From NCBI GenBank assembly GCA_965248355.1, contig OZ252098.1, positions 3,872,001 through 3,936,000 of the forward strand: a stretch of 64,000 nucleotides of DNA, given 5' to 3'. Made by a program: the position numbers and the translations under genes. How positions within the stretch are numbered: the first letter of the stretch is position 1; each line of letters starts with the position of its first letter. This document shows positions 10,535 through 20,271 of the stretch, piece by piece. The stretch is from Candidatus Latescibacterota bacterium. GTDB lineage: Bacteria > Latescibacterota > UBA2968 > UBA8231. The notes beneath the pieces are model-generated. The model was not told the origin of the DNA. It did no database searches and worked only from the letters and a program-made list of their open reading frames with translations.

Positions 10535-10996
10535 GTGCAGCGTCTTGAGACAGCCCTACTCGCGTCCCTGCTGACAGGGGTTCTCCTTGCTGCGGGCTGC
10601 GGCGGGGACGATCCCATGGAGCCGGAACCGGAGGTCGCCCCGCCCGATCTCAGCGGGAGCTATACCCTCCAGTCCTTCTCATCCGCCGTTGTCACGGGCG
10701 GCAATGCGCTGACTTCGCCTGTCGTCAGCGGCATGTTCACGCTGGAGCAGACATCCGTGGCCGGAGAGGAAGCCAGCGGGACGATGGCGCTGACCATTTC
10801 GGTGCCCGATGACGCCGGTGGAACCTTCACGATCGAGGACCAGGGGACCTACAAGAACCGCATGGACGGCCAATGGGAGCAGGCGGGCGACCTGCAGCAG
10901 GCCAAGGGGACCTACGAGCTCGAAGGCAATACCCTGACGCTGACTGTTACCGAGCCCGTCCTCGCCATCTCGAACACGGTCTGGCGCCGGCAGTAA
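10535..10996 (+). CDS. lipoprotein with lipocalin-like beta-barrel
   Basis: GAGGAGG RBS, lipobox LAAGC, DLSGSYTL...GTYELEGNTLTL. Confidence 0.75.
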   Translation: MQRLETALLASLLTGVLLAAGCGGDDPMEPEPEVAPPDLSGSYTLQSFSSAVVTGGNALTSPVVSGMFTLEQTSVAGEEASGTMALTISVPDDAGGTFTIEDQGTYKNRMDGQWEQAGDLQQAKGTYELEGNTLTLTVTEPVLAISNTVWRRQ

Positions 10997-10997
10997 G

Positions 10998-13160
10998 GTG
11001 GCTCGGTCCGGCCTCTTCCGCTTCTCGTGCCGGGTCTGCCTGGCCGCGCTCCTGGCCCCCATCTGGCTGGGCGCCCAGGAGTCGGTGACGATCCGCGGCC
11101 TCGTCGTCAACGGGGAGACGGGGGCGCCGGTCGCCGGCGCCGAGGTGCTGGTGCGCTCGACGCCGCTGGGGGCCTTCACGGGCGAGGACGGAGGCTTCGA
11201 GATCGCCCTGCCCGGCGGCGGCATCCACACCCTCGTCGTTGTGGCCGACGGCTACCGAACCGTCGAGGGAGTGGTCGACACGGAGGCGGAGACGGAGGAG
11301 GACGGGGTGCCCCTGCGGATCTCGCTGGAGCGGCTCTTCTTCGAGGTTCCGGGCCTGACCGTGACGGCGAACCGCGGCACACATCCGGGTGACTCTCCCA
11401 CCTCCGTCGCCGTGATCGGCGGCGACGAGCTGCAGCGGCGGGAGGTCACCAACCTGAACGAGGCCCTGCCCTTCGCCCAGGGCGTGACCTTCAATGCGGG
11501 GCAGATGGACATCCGGGGTTCCAGCGGCCTCTCCCGGGGGGTGGGCAGCCGCGTGCTCATGCTGCTCGACGGCCACCGGACGCTCTCGGGAGTGGGCTCG
11601 TCCATCGATTTCGCGATCCTGCCGGTCCTCGACGTGGAACGGATCGAGATCGTCAAGGGCCCCCACTCGACGCTCTGGGGCAGCAACGCCATGGGCGGCG
11701 TGGTGAACGTGATCACCCGGCCGCCGGGGCGGGAAGCCCGGAGCGTGGTGCGCGGATACTACGGCCTCTTCGACACCCCCGTCGGGCAGGGCTTCTCCGA
11801 CCGGCGTCTCAGCATGCAGGGGCTTCAACTCCAGCATTCCCGCAGGATCGGTAAGGCCCACACGGCGCTGTTCGTGGCGCGCGAGAGCTCCGACGGTTTT
11901 CGGCAGAACGGCGGCACGGACGGTTGGCGGCTGCGGGGGAAGGCGGTCTTCGGGCCGCAGTCGGCGACCCCCCTGGAGCTGTTCGCCAGCTGGAAGCGCG
12001 ATGACATGGAGGAGTTCTTCACCTGGATGTCCGAGGATCGACGGCTGGAGATCGATCCGGTTTACCTGGGCGACTGGAGGCGTGAGTCGGACCTGATCAT
12101 CGGTCTCACGGCCACCCCGCTGGTGACGCCAAGGTTCAAGCTCGAGCTGCGGCCCCAGATCCTGCACTTCCGCTCGCGGAACTACTTCCACGACAACGAG
12201 GACTTCCACAACTCCACCCGCTACGGCACCGATCTTCAGCTCTCCCTCTTTTCGGTGGGCCGGCACACGGTGACGGTGGGCGGCGAGGCGGCGTACACCG
12301 GCGTGGAATCGAACTTCCTGGCGACCTCGAGCGTGACGGACGTGGCCCTCTTCGGTCAGGACGAGATCGAGCTCTCCGGGCGGTTGCGGGGTTCGGTCGG
12401 GGTCCGGTTGGACATGCACAGTGCGTCCCTGGTCGAGGACGACCTGGCGCTCAATCCCAAGATCGGCTTCGTCTACGAGCCCTCCGACCGTCTGAGCCTG
12501 CGGACCTCGCTGAGCCGCGGCTACCGGGCGCCGAGCGTCTCGGAGCAGTTCACCTCTACCACCGTCTTCGGCTTTCGGGTCGTGCCCAATCCGGGGCTGC
12601 GCGGCGAATCCGCATGGTCCGGCGAGATCGGGGCCACCGCGAGCCCTGGGGACCGGCTCTGGCTGGACGCGGGGCTCTTCTGGAGCGAATACTCCGGTCT
12701 GATCGAGGTAGCCAGCGCGCCGAAGCAACTCTTCACCTTCCAGTTCAGGAACCTGGTCGAAGCCAGGATCAGGGGGATCGACACGGGGCTGCGCGCGGAA
12801 CTGGTCCCCGACAAGCTCAATCTCCAGACGAACTACCTCTTCCTCGATTCCACGGACCTGGGCACGGGGGGCAAGCTCGCCTACCGGTCGCGCCATGTCG
12901 TCACCACTACCCTTTCGGGCTGGGACGATGTGGTCGCCCTCGACATGCGCTACCGCAGCCGGCCCGAAAAGGTCCTGCTCTACCCCCTCGACGAAGGCAG
13001 CGCCTTCGCCGTGGTGGACCTGCGGTTCAATCTCGGGGTCATGGGCATGGACCTGCAGACCAGGGTCGCCAACCTGCTTCAGGCGGAATACGTGGACATC
13101 CAGGAGCGGAACCCGGGAGCCTCACGGAGCATCCGCACCACCCTCACGTCCCGTTTCTGA
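10998..13160 (+). CDS. TonB-dependent receptor with N-terminal carboxypeptidase-regulatory-like domain
   Basis: Signal peptide; IRGLVVNGETGAPVAGAEV; plug motif DVERIEIVKGPHSTLWGSNAMGGVVNVIT; terminal Phe. Confidence 0.93.
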   Translation: MARSGLFRFSCRVCLAALLAPIWLGAQESVTIRGLVVNGETGAPVAGAEVLVRSTPLGAFTGEDGGFEIALPGGGIHTLVVVADGYRTVEGVVDTEAETEEDGVPLRISLERLFFEVPGLTVTANRGTHPGDSPTSVAVIGGDELQRREVTNLNEALPFAQGVTFNAGQMDIRGSSGLSRGVGSRVLMLLDGHRTLSGVGSSIDFAILPVLDVERIEIVKGPHSTLWGSNAMGGVVNVITRPPGREARSVVRGYYGLFDTPVGQGFSDRRLSMQGLQLQHSRRIGKAHTALFVARESSDGFRQNGGTDGWRLRGKAVFGPQSATPLELFASWKRDDMEEFFTWMSEDRRLEIDPVYLGDWRRESDLIIGLTATPLVTPRFKLELRPQILHFRSRNYFHDNEDFHNSTRYGTDLQLSLFSVGRHTVTVGGEAAYTGVESNFLATSSVTDVALFGQDEIELSGRLRGSVGVRLDMHSASLVEDDLALNPKIGFVYEPSDRLSLRTSLSRGYRAPSVSEQFTSTTVFGFRVVPNPGLRGESAWSGEIGATASPGDRLWLDAGLFWSEYSGLIEVASAPKQLFTFQFRNLVEARIRGIDTGLRAELVPDKLNLQTNYLFLDSTDLGTGGKLAYRSRHVVTTTLSGWDDVVALDMRYRSRPEKVLLYPLDEGSAFAVVDLRFNLGVMGMDLQTRVANLLQAEYVDIQERNPGASRSIRTTLTSRF

Positions 13161-13212
13161 TCCCGCCGCGCCAAGGCGGGGCCTGACGACCGTCCGTCCC
13201 CGCGGACCGGGG

Positions 13213-15924
13213 TCATTCCTCCTCCACCAGGGCGGCCGCCTCGAGCAGCCGGATCTCCTCGCACGGGACCGCGGGATAGTCCCGCACGGTGATCGACCTC
13301 TCCGAGGCGCTCTCGACCTCATACCCCGTGTCCGCCGCCAGGAGCCAGGTCCCCGGGAGGCTCTCCGCCTCGGGCACGCCTTCGGTGAGGTGGAAGGTGC
13401 GGCCTTCCACCGAGGCGACACCCCGTCGGATCTGCGCCTGGTCCGGACGAAGGCTGCGGCCGCCGCCGCGAAGGCTCGTGCCGCAGAGCAGGAAGGCCCG
13501 CCGCAGAATCCCCTCGTCGTCGACGGACGCGAAGCCGAACCGTCCCGTCATGGAGACCGGACCCAGGTCGCAGGCGCCCCCGTCCGGTGCGGAGAGGATG
13601 TAGTCGGTGCAGCCCTCCCGCTCGACGGCCACGGCCAGGGCGCCGGTGGCAGGATCGTCCAGCAGCAGCCTGGCACCATGCACGGGTGACTCCTCGATAT
13701 ATGGCGTGATGACGGCGGCGTAGCGGCTGACCAGGTCGGTGTTGCCCCGGCGCTCGGCCAGGATCTGCTGCACCGGTGGGGCGTGGAGCTGCTCGCCGGT
13801 GTCCGAGCGCCAGCCGGGGGCATCGGCGACGAGCAGGCGGTCGACGGGATTGAGGAGGGTGAGGTCCATGCGCACCTCCTCGTTGTGCCAAGTGGCGGTG
13901 AAGGGCTGTTGCGGCCGGCCGGCGCGCAGGTCCTGGAGCCATTCGATCTCCTCGTCCACGGGCTCCAGGTCGGCGCCTTGAAGGCCGGCGAGTCGCCCGT
14001 TGCAGTGGAAGCCGTACTGGTGCAGCCGGCCCCCGTCGACGCGGAAGAAGTCGACGGCGTAGGTCCCCTCGGGGATCCGGACGAGGGCGCAGGTGCGCTG
14101 GTAACGCCCGCACTGCTCGTACTGGCGGGCCGAGGCCTGCACGACCTCCACGCCGCCGCCGGCGCCGAAGAGCTCCAGGGCGGCGGCCTCGGTGTGGCCC
14201 ATCTGACTCTTCCCGTCCACGGTGACGATGTTGTGGGCGAGGGTGCTCCGGGTCCACGCATTTCTCGGGTCGTCCCAGATATAGCCGCGGTCGGCGGCCA
14301 TCTCCCTCCCGTGGGCGATGTAGATGAGGCCCAGGCTGTCGCAGTGGCGGTGGCCGCCGCAGGCGTAGCCGTTGAGGTACAGGGCCGTGTGCCCGTCAGG
14401 GTCACCGCCGCGCAGGACGGCCACGTGCCAGCCCGGGAACCACTCCGTGCGGCGCGGCAGGTCGGTCTCCCCCGCGGCTTTCAGATCGGGATCCCGGTGC
14501 CACAGGGCGTATTCCGTCCCCTTCTCGGACAGGGGGCCCCCCTGCGCCTTCTCCAGCAGGCCGGCGTAGCGGCCGCCGTAGTGGGCGGCCAGGACCTCGG
14601 CGTGGATGGGGTCGATACCCTGGCCGTCGTGGGAGTCCCCGATGACGGGATCCTGGAGGTTCGGGTCGAGCATGCGCACCATGCTCTCCAGGGCCAGGCG
14701 GTAGCGGTCGAACCGCTGGAAGGGATCCAGGTCTTCGAGGCGGGGCCCGCTTTCCGGCACGTAGCCCTCGGGGTCCGAGTACCCAGCGAGCACCTCGGGG
14801 ATGTCGCGCAGGAGGTTGAGGTGCATGGAGGAGTACCCCGGCGACTCGGTGCAGAAGCCGTCGAAGTGGAAGGCATCCTCCAGGAGGGCCTCCAGGCCCC
14901 GGATGGCCCGGCGCACGCTCTGCGGCTTCTCGAAGAGAATGCCCGCGGCGGCGCTCAGGGCGCGGCCGGGACCGCACTTGTTGTTGATGTCGTTCCAGTT
15001 CTCGGTGTCCGCCCAGCCGGCCAGGATCAGGTCGTCGACGATGCGGCGGTCCATCTGCGGCGTGATCACCGGAGAGCCGTCGGCGTGCCGGGCGCCGCGG
15101 ACCAGGTCCCAGGCGAGGGTGACCGAGAGGATCGCCCGGCCGTCGGAGCCGCTGCAGCCGAGGCGTCCGGCGCCCCAGAAGCCGTTGTTGAGGACGGAGT
15201 GGTCGCCGTTGCGGTGCCGCCCTTCGAAGGCGGTGATGATGGTCTCCGGGGGGAAGCGCCCGCCTGGCGGATGGGCGCCCATGGAAGCGGCCGCCTCCCC
15301 CGGCGGGCCGTCGGCGACGGTGCCGTCGTAGGAGTGGAAGAGCCAGGTGGGATAGCGCCGGGCCAGGCAGTCCAGGATCCAGGCCGACCACCGGGCGTAG
15401 CGCACGTCGCCGGTGAGGGCGTAGAGCTTGGCGAGGGGCAGCATCTTCTCGAAGCACCAGTTGATCTTCATCGAGCGGATGATCCCGGTCCAGCTCGTGT
15501 GCACGGGCCAGTTCACCCACTTGAAGGCGTGCCGGCCCGAGCTGTCCTCGGGATGGGCCCGTTCCTCGTCGGTCAGGTAGAACGTGAAGGTCTGGTCCAT
15601 CCGCGGGGCGGTCACGCTCCCGGTCTCGGGATGGTCGGGGCTGGGATACTCGGTCTGGCAGTACTTGCAGACCAGCCGGTCGGGGTCGCGGGGATCCCAG
15701 TCGTAGATGCCGGTCTCCCCCATGGTGGAGAGGCGGTTGACGCAGACCGGACAGTTCTGGCCGTACTGCGGCCAGGGGGTCAGCTCCGGCATCATCGCCT
15801 CGATGAAGCCGCGGTCCTGCTCCATGAGCCAGGCCACCTGCTGCTTCCAGCCTTCGAGGATGGCCTGCGCCCAGGTGTGGCGGGCCACGTTCTCCCGGGC
15901 CCTGTCGACGTCGAGAAGTGGCAA
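13213..15924 (-). CDS. heparinase II/III-like protein (polysaccharide lyase-like)
   Basis: TTG start at 15924 after AAAGGAG; CPVC/CKYC, ESPGYSSMHL, GHRHCDSLGL, TLAHNIVTVDGKSQ. Confidence 0.82.
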   Translation of the reverse strand: MPLLDVDRARENVARHTWAQAILEGWKQQVAWLMEQDRGFIEAMMPELTPWPQYGQNCPVCVNRLSTMGETGIYDWDPRDPDRLVCKYCQTEYPSPDHPETGSVTAPRMDQTFTFYLTDEERAHPEDSSGRHAFKWVNWPVHTSWTGIIRSMKINWCFEKMLPLAKLYALTGDVRYARWSAWILDCLARRYPTWLFHSYDGTVADGPPGEAAASMGAHPPGGRFPPETIITAFEGRHRNGDHSVLNNGFWGAGRLGCSGSDGRAILSVTLAWDLVRGARHADGSPVITPQMDRRIVDDLILAGWADTENWNDINNKCGPGRALSAAAGILFEKPQSVRRAIRGLEALLEDAFHFDGFCTESPGYSSMHLNLLRDIPEVLAGYSDPEGYVPESGPRLEDLDPFQRFDRYRLALESMVRMLDPNLQDPVIGDSHDGQGIDPIHAEVLAAHYGGRYAGLLEKAQGGPLSEKGTEYALWHRDPDLKAAGETDLPRRTEWFPGWHVAVLRGGDPDGHTALYLNGYACGGHRHCDSLGLIYIAHGREMAADRGYIWDDPRNAWTRSTLAHNIVTVDGKSQMGHTEAAALELFGAGGGVEVVQASARQYEQCGRYQRTCALVRIPEGTYAVDFFRVDGGRLHQYGFHCNGRLAGLQGADLEPVDEEIEWLQDLRAGRPQQPFTATWHNEEVRMDLTLLNPVDRLLVADAPGWRSDTGEQLHAPPVQQILAERRGNTDLVSRYAAVITPYIEESPVHGARLLLDDPATGALAVAVEREGCTDYILSAPDGGACDLGPVSMTGRFGFASVDDEGILRRAFLLCGTSLRGGGRSLRPDQAQIRRGVASVEGRTFHLTEGVPEAESLPGTWLLAADTGYEVESASERSITVRDYPAVPCEEIRLLEAAALVEEE

Positions 15925-15948
15925 GGGGGATGCTCCTTTCGATGACCA

Positions 15949-15977
15949 TTGACTCTCGGGTTCTGCCGCGGTAACCT
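15949..15977 (+). promoter_or_regulatory. putative sigma70 promoter
   Basis: TTGACT-17 nt-TAACCT, upstream of RBS GGAGAAAGA and ATG 16024. Confidence 0.45.
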
Positions 15978-16023
15978 GGCGACAAGAGGGTGCCTGGCGC
16001 CAACGTCCGCTGGAGAAAGAGCC

Positions 16024-16100
16024 ATGCCCGACTACGATTGCCATTTCCGGCCCAGGTCCTGCCGCATCGACGCGCCCTGGCCGGCAGGCACGCGTCGCAT
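16024..16100 (+). pseudogene. possible relic of an FAD-dependent oxidoreductase N-terminus
   Basis: RBS + MPDYD, then after a frameshift AISGPGPAAST, resembling YDxAIxGxGPAGST. Confidence 0.35.
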
Positions 16101-16218
16101 CCCGCCTTTCACATGGCTCCGCGCACGGCGAACGACCTGCAAGGACGACGACCGCTGTTGCAGCCCGGTCCGGGCGCCGCAAGCGATGGCGGCCAGGCTC
16201 AGGACGGCTCTGCCCTCG

Positions 16219-16247
16219 TTGACGCGCACCAGGGTGCGGAGTAGGAT
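16219..16247 (+). promoter_or_regulatory. putative sigma70 promoter of the PhyH-RraA-M81 operon; inverted repeat in spacer
   Basis: TTGACG-17 nt-TAGGAT; spacer contains CGCACC-AG-GGTGCG. Confidence 0.55.
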
Positions 16248-16275
16248 CTGCGCCCATCCAGCCGGGAGCGGCCCC

Positions 16276-17019
16276 ATGACGGAGGAACAGAAGTACCTGT
16301 TCGACCTGCAGGGCTTCGTCGTCCTCGAGGACGTCGTGCCACGGTCCGTCATCGAGGCGTGCAACCAGGCCCTCGATGGATTCGAGGAGATGAGCCCCGA
16401 GGACTACCCGCCCCCTCTCTGCCTCGGCACCGAGAAGACGGAGAAGGAACTCTACATCTCCAACATCCTCGAAGCGTCCCCGGTCTTCGCCCCCTTGATC
16501 GACATTCCCGAGGTGCTCGATGTCGTCGCGGGTGTGACCGGCGGGCCCTGGCGCCTGAACCACACCTACACCATCTACCGATGGGGCGGCGGCTACACGG
16601 GCCTGCACATGCACGGCACGCCGATCATACCCAAGTGCCAGTATCACTGCCGCAACGGACAGATGGTCTCGACCCTGACCAAGGCGGTCTTTCCCATGCT
16701 CGACTGCGATGTCGAGGACGGGTGCTTCGCCGTGGTCCCGGGGGCCCACAAGAGCAACTTTCCGCGCCCCTGGGGAAGGCATCCCGCCGAGAACCCGGTC
16801 CTGGCGCCGGTCCCCGCCAGGGCCGGCGACGCCATCGTCTTCACCGAGGCCTTGACCCACGGCTCGACGGTCAACGTCTCGGACCTTCCGCGCCGCACCC
16901 TCTACTACTGCTACAGCATCGGATACATGCCGGACTGGGGCGGGCAGGGCCTGCGCTTCAGCGCCGGGGTCACGGACGGTCTCACCGAGGCACAGCGCGA
17001 AATCATCGAGTTGAAGTAG
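16276..17019 (+). CDS. phytanoyl-CoA dioxygenase (PhyH) family protein with atypical metal motif
   Basis: Start reset to ATG 16276 (MTEEQKYLFDLQGFVVL); GCFAVVPGAHK, AGDAIVFTEALTHGS, RRTLYY; LHMHG where HxD is expected. Confidence 0.88.
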   Translation: MTEEQKYLFDLQGFVVLEDVVPRSVIEACNQALDGFEEMSPEDYPPPLCLGTEKTEKELYISNILEASPVFAPLIDIPEVLDVVAGVTGGPWRLNHTYTIYRWGGGYTGLHMHGTPIIPKCQYHCRNGQMVSTLTKAVFPMLDCDVEDGCFAVVPGAHKSNFPRPWGRHPAENPVLAPVPARAGDAIVFTEALTHGSTVNVSDLPRRTLYYCYSIGYMPDWGGQGLRFSAGVTDGLTEAQREIIELK

Positions 17020-17050
17020 GACGATTCTCGAACCCGACAGGAGGCAGGGA

Positions 17051-17758
17051 ATGGACCGGGTACCGCCGGAGGTTTTCGAAGGTCTCAGGCAGCTCGACAC
17101 GGCAACCCTCTTCAACGCCGTCATCGAGGCCCGCGGCGCCAGCCAGGGCGGGCGCGAGCTCGAGGGTCAGGGCGGCATGCCCTTCAACTACATGGGGCCG
17201 GGGATGCAGTGCATGCTGCCCCAGCTCGGTATGGCGGTCGGGTACGCGGCCACTTGCGAGCTGAGCACCCACGACCCGGACATGCCGGCGCTGGACTGGC
17301 ACGAGTACTACGACTTCCTCGACGAGTCGCCCGGCCCGATGGTGAGCATCATGAAGGATGTGGACACCCGCGCCGGCCGCGGCGCCTCGTTGGGAGACGG
17401 CATGGCCGCCACCCACAAGCACCTGGGCGTATCCGGCATCATCGTCGACGGATCGATCCGGGACCTGGCGGGGATCGAGCGGGTGGGACTGCCGGTCTGG
17501 GGAACCGGCACATCCCCCGGTCACGGAGTGCTCAGCCTGGTGCGCCACAACCACCCGATCACGGTTGACGAACTCCTGATCTTCCCGGGGGAAATCGTCG
17601 CCGCGGACCGCGACGGAGTCGTGAAGATCCCCTTGGGCGACGACCCCGCGAAGGTGCTGGAGCAGGGGAGGGACATCCACGAGCGCGAGGCCCGCTACCA
17701 CGCGATTTTCTCCGATCCCGGCCTGACTTGGCAGGACATCAAGGACTATCGGGAATAG
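17051..17758 (+). CDS. RraA / HMG aldolase family protein
   Basis: AVGYAAT, ASLGDGMA, GIIVDGSIRD, GEIVAADRDGVV. Confidence 0.88.
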   Translation: MDRVPPEVFEGLRQLDTATLFNAVIEARGASQGGRELEGQGGMPFNYMGPGMQCMLPQLGMAVGYAATCELSTHDPDMPALDWHEYYDFLDESPGPMVSIMKDVDTRAGRGASLGDGMAATHKHLGVSGIIVDGSIRDLAGIERVGLPVWGTGTSPGHGVLSLVRHNHPITVDELLIFPGEIVAADRDGVVKIPLGDDPAKVLEQGRDIHEREARYHAIFSDPGLTWQDIKDYRE

Positions 17759-17767
17759 AGGCCCCGA

Positions 17768-19249
17768 ATGAGCGTTCCTCTGCGCATCGCCACCGGCGCC
17801 ATCTGCCACGAAACCAGCACCTTCACCACGGTGGCCACCACCTGGGAGAGCTGGAGCGAGCACCGCTTCGGCTACATCACCGGCCAGGCCATATTCGAGA
17901 AGTTCCGGGGCACCAACTCCGCCATCGGGGGTTTCATGGCCGGGGCCGACAAGCATGGATTCGAGCTCATCCCGACCATCTTCGCCAACGCCCACCCGAG
18001 CGGGCCGACGCCGCGGGATGTCTTCGACCGCATCCTGAACGATCTGCTCGAGCGGCTGCATGCGGCCGGCCCCGTCGACGGCGTGATCCTGAGTCTGCAC
18101 GGAGCCATGGTGGCCGAGGGGATCGACGACGGCGAGGGACAAATTCTCGAAGCCGTACGACGCCTCGTCGGTCCCGATGTACCCATAGTCAGCGAGCTGG
18201 ACATCCACACCAACATGTCGCAGCGAATGGTGGCCATGGCCGACGCGCTGGTCGTCCACCAGACCTTCCCCGAGATCGATCAGGAGGAGTGCGGCCTCAA
18301 GTGCGCCGACATCATGCACCGGACCCTGCGCGAAGGCCTGCGGCCGACGATGGCCCTCCATCAGCTGCCCATGGTGTGGGGGATGAACCAGATCACCAGG
18401 CACCCGCCCATGCGCGAAGCGATCGCCGAATTGCATGCCGTCGAAGCCCGGCCGGGGGTGGTCACCGCGTCGATCTGCACCTGTTTCCCCCTCGCCGACA
18501 TACCCCACATGGGCGCCTCCGTCATCGTCGTGGCCGACGACGACGGGGAGCTGGCGCAGCGCTGCGCCGATGAACTGGCCTCCTACCTGTGGGAGCGGCG
18601 CGAGGCCTGGCAGTCCGAGTGGAAATCGACCCGGGAGCGGCTGGAAGAAGCCGAAAGGGAGGGAAGGTTCCCGGTCGTATTCGCCGACCGCAACGACAAC
18701 ACCGGCGGCGGCGCTCCCGGAGACGGCACCGGCATGCTGCGCACCTTCATCGAGGCCGGACTGGAGGACGCCTGCCTCCTCTACATCGTCGATCCGGAGG
18801 CGGTGGCGGCCTGCGGGAAGGCCGGGGCAGGGTCGACACTGACCCTGAAGGTCGGGGGCAAATCGACCCCGCTGCAGGGCGAGCCGGTGGAGATGACGGC
18901 CGAGGTCGTGGCCCTGGGCGACGGCAGGTTCCTGTACGAAGGGCCCCGGAATCGCGGACTGGAAGGCGACATGGGCCCCTGCGCCCACATCCGCCAGGAC
19001 GGCGTCCACGTGTTGCTGGTCAGCCACCGCGAGCAACCCTTCGACACCGCTCTGGCCAGAACCCTGGACCTTGATCCACGGGAGATGCGCTACATCGGGC
19101 TGAAATCGGCCGGCCACTTCCGCGCCTGCTACGAGGAGTTCGCCGGCAATATCCTCGTCGTCTCCGAACCCAACGTGCACGACCACGAGCTGATCAAGGA
19201 CCACTACGTGAATCTCGGGCGGAAGCTCTACCCCTTCGACGACATTTGA
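17768..19249 (+). CDS. M81 family metallopeptidase (MlrC-like)
   Basis: ICHETSTF, LSLHGAMV, DDGEG, LDIHTN, DRNDNTGGGAPGDGT, LKSAGHFRA. Confidence 0.92.
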   Translation: MSVPLRIATGAICHETSTFTTVATTWESWSEHRFGYITGQAIFEKFRGTNSAIGGFMAGADKHGFELIPTIFANAHPSGPTPRDVFDRILNDLLERLHAAGPVDGVILSLHGAMVAEGIDDGEGQILEAVRRLVGPDVPIVSELDIHTNMSQRMVAMADALVVHQTFPEIDQEECGLKCADIMHRTLREGLRPTMALHQLPMVWGMNQITRHPPMREAIAELHAVEARPGVVTASICTCFPLADIPHMGASVIVVADDDGELAQRCADELASYLWERREAWQSEWKSTRERLEEAEREGRFPVVFADRNDNTGGGAPGDGTGMLRTFIEAGLEDACLLYIVDPEAVAACGKAGAGSTLTLKVGGKSTPLQGEPVEMTAEVVALGDGRFLYEGPRNRGLEGDMGPCAHIRQDGVHVLLVSHREQPFDTALARTLDLDPREMRYIGLKSAGHFRACYEEFAGNILVVSEPNVHDHELIKDHYVNLGRKLYPFDDI

Positions 19250-19250
19250 T

Positions 19251-20258
19251 ATGACAACACGGACCGACACGGCATCGGGCGCGCCGGCTGCGGCGACTCC
19301 TCTCGAAGACCGGGTCGAGGCTTACAAGCGCGACGGCTTCACGATCATCGAAGATGTGCTGCGGGGCGGGGAGCTGGTCCGCGCGCAGGCCGCCTTCGAC
19401 AGGGCGCAGGCCGTGACCCGCGTCGACTGGGAAGCGGGCCGGGCGAAGGGCCGGGGGATTTCGGAAAACGGCGAGTACTACGCCTCCGGCACCTTTCACG
19501 GCAGAAAGTACTTCGACATCTATCCCCTCCACCTGCTCGAGCAGGACGACGCCTGCGTGGAGATGATCGCCCATCCCCGGCTCTGGCCTTTCCTGAGGGC
19601 CACGGTGGGCGACGACGTGCAGACGGCCACGATACAGGTGCGCGTCCTGGAGCCGCAGACCGCCCGGGACGCCCAGGAAGAAGGCGGCTACGTCAACTGG
19701 CACCGGGATCACCGGAACGACGAAGAGTGGCGTTACCTGGGACGCCCGCTCAACACCAAGGTCCTCGTCTACCTCACCGACGTCGGTCCCGACGACGGCT
19801 GCACGGCGTGCGTCCCGGGATCACACCTGTGGAAGCACGAGCCGGACCACCTGGAATACAAGGGCATGGGTGGAGGCGAGCATCAGGAGACGAAGGTGCG
19901 GGACCAGCGCGACATGCCGGGCATGGTGACGGCCGAGGTAAAGGCCGGCAGCGCCTTCCTCTTCAACACCCGGCTCTGGCACACGACAATGCCCAATACC
20001 GGCGGCCGCGACCGCTGGGCGGTGCTGACCCTCTACTGTCCGTTCTATCAGAAGCAGCCGGGCGTGACGGTGGAGGCCGCGGTGGCCCTGGAGGCGGCAG
20101 GCCAGCTGAATACCCCGGAGCGCCGGCAGCTGTTCGGGCTCGAGCCCATGACCGGTCCCAACGGCTACAAGCGGCTGGCGCAGCACAGTGGGAGCGTGAC
20201 CGATGACCGCATGTTCAAGGGAGTGCGCCCGCCGAGGATGGGAGAGTTGATAAAGTGA
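19251..20258 (+). CDS. PhyH family dioxygenase
   Basis: YKRDGFTII, WHRD, YLTDVGPDDGCTACVPGSH, AGSAFLFNTRLWH. Confidence 0.9.
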   Translation: MTTRTDTASGAPAAATPLEDRVEAYKRDGFTIIEDVLRGGELVRAQAAFDRAQAVTRVDWEAGRAKGRGISENGEYYASGTFHGRKYFDIYPLHLLEQDDACVEMIAHPRLWPFLRATVGDDVQTATIQVRVLEPQTARDAQEEGGYVNWHRDHRNDEEWRYLGRPLNTKVLVYLTDVGPDDGCTACVPGSHLWKHEPDHLEYKGMGGGEHQETKVRDQRDMPGMVTAEVKAGSAFLFNTRLWHTTMPNTGGRDRWAVLTLYCPFYQKQPGVTVEAAVALEAAGQLNTPERRQLFGLEPMTGPNGYKRLAQHSGSVTDDRMFKGVRPPRMGELIK

Positions 20259-20271
20259 AGGTGCGCGCCTG

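Noticed and set aside
13161..13212. CCCGCC/GGCGGG hairpin between convergent genes as a terminator
   Set aside because: Short stem without a U-tract; expected by chance at this GC content.
15925..17124. 1303-aa heparinase ORF
   Set aside because: The N-terminal 400 aa are antisense to the PhyH gene; an RBS supports TTG 15924.
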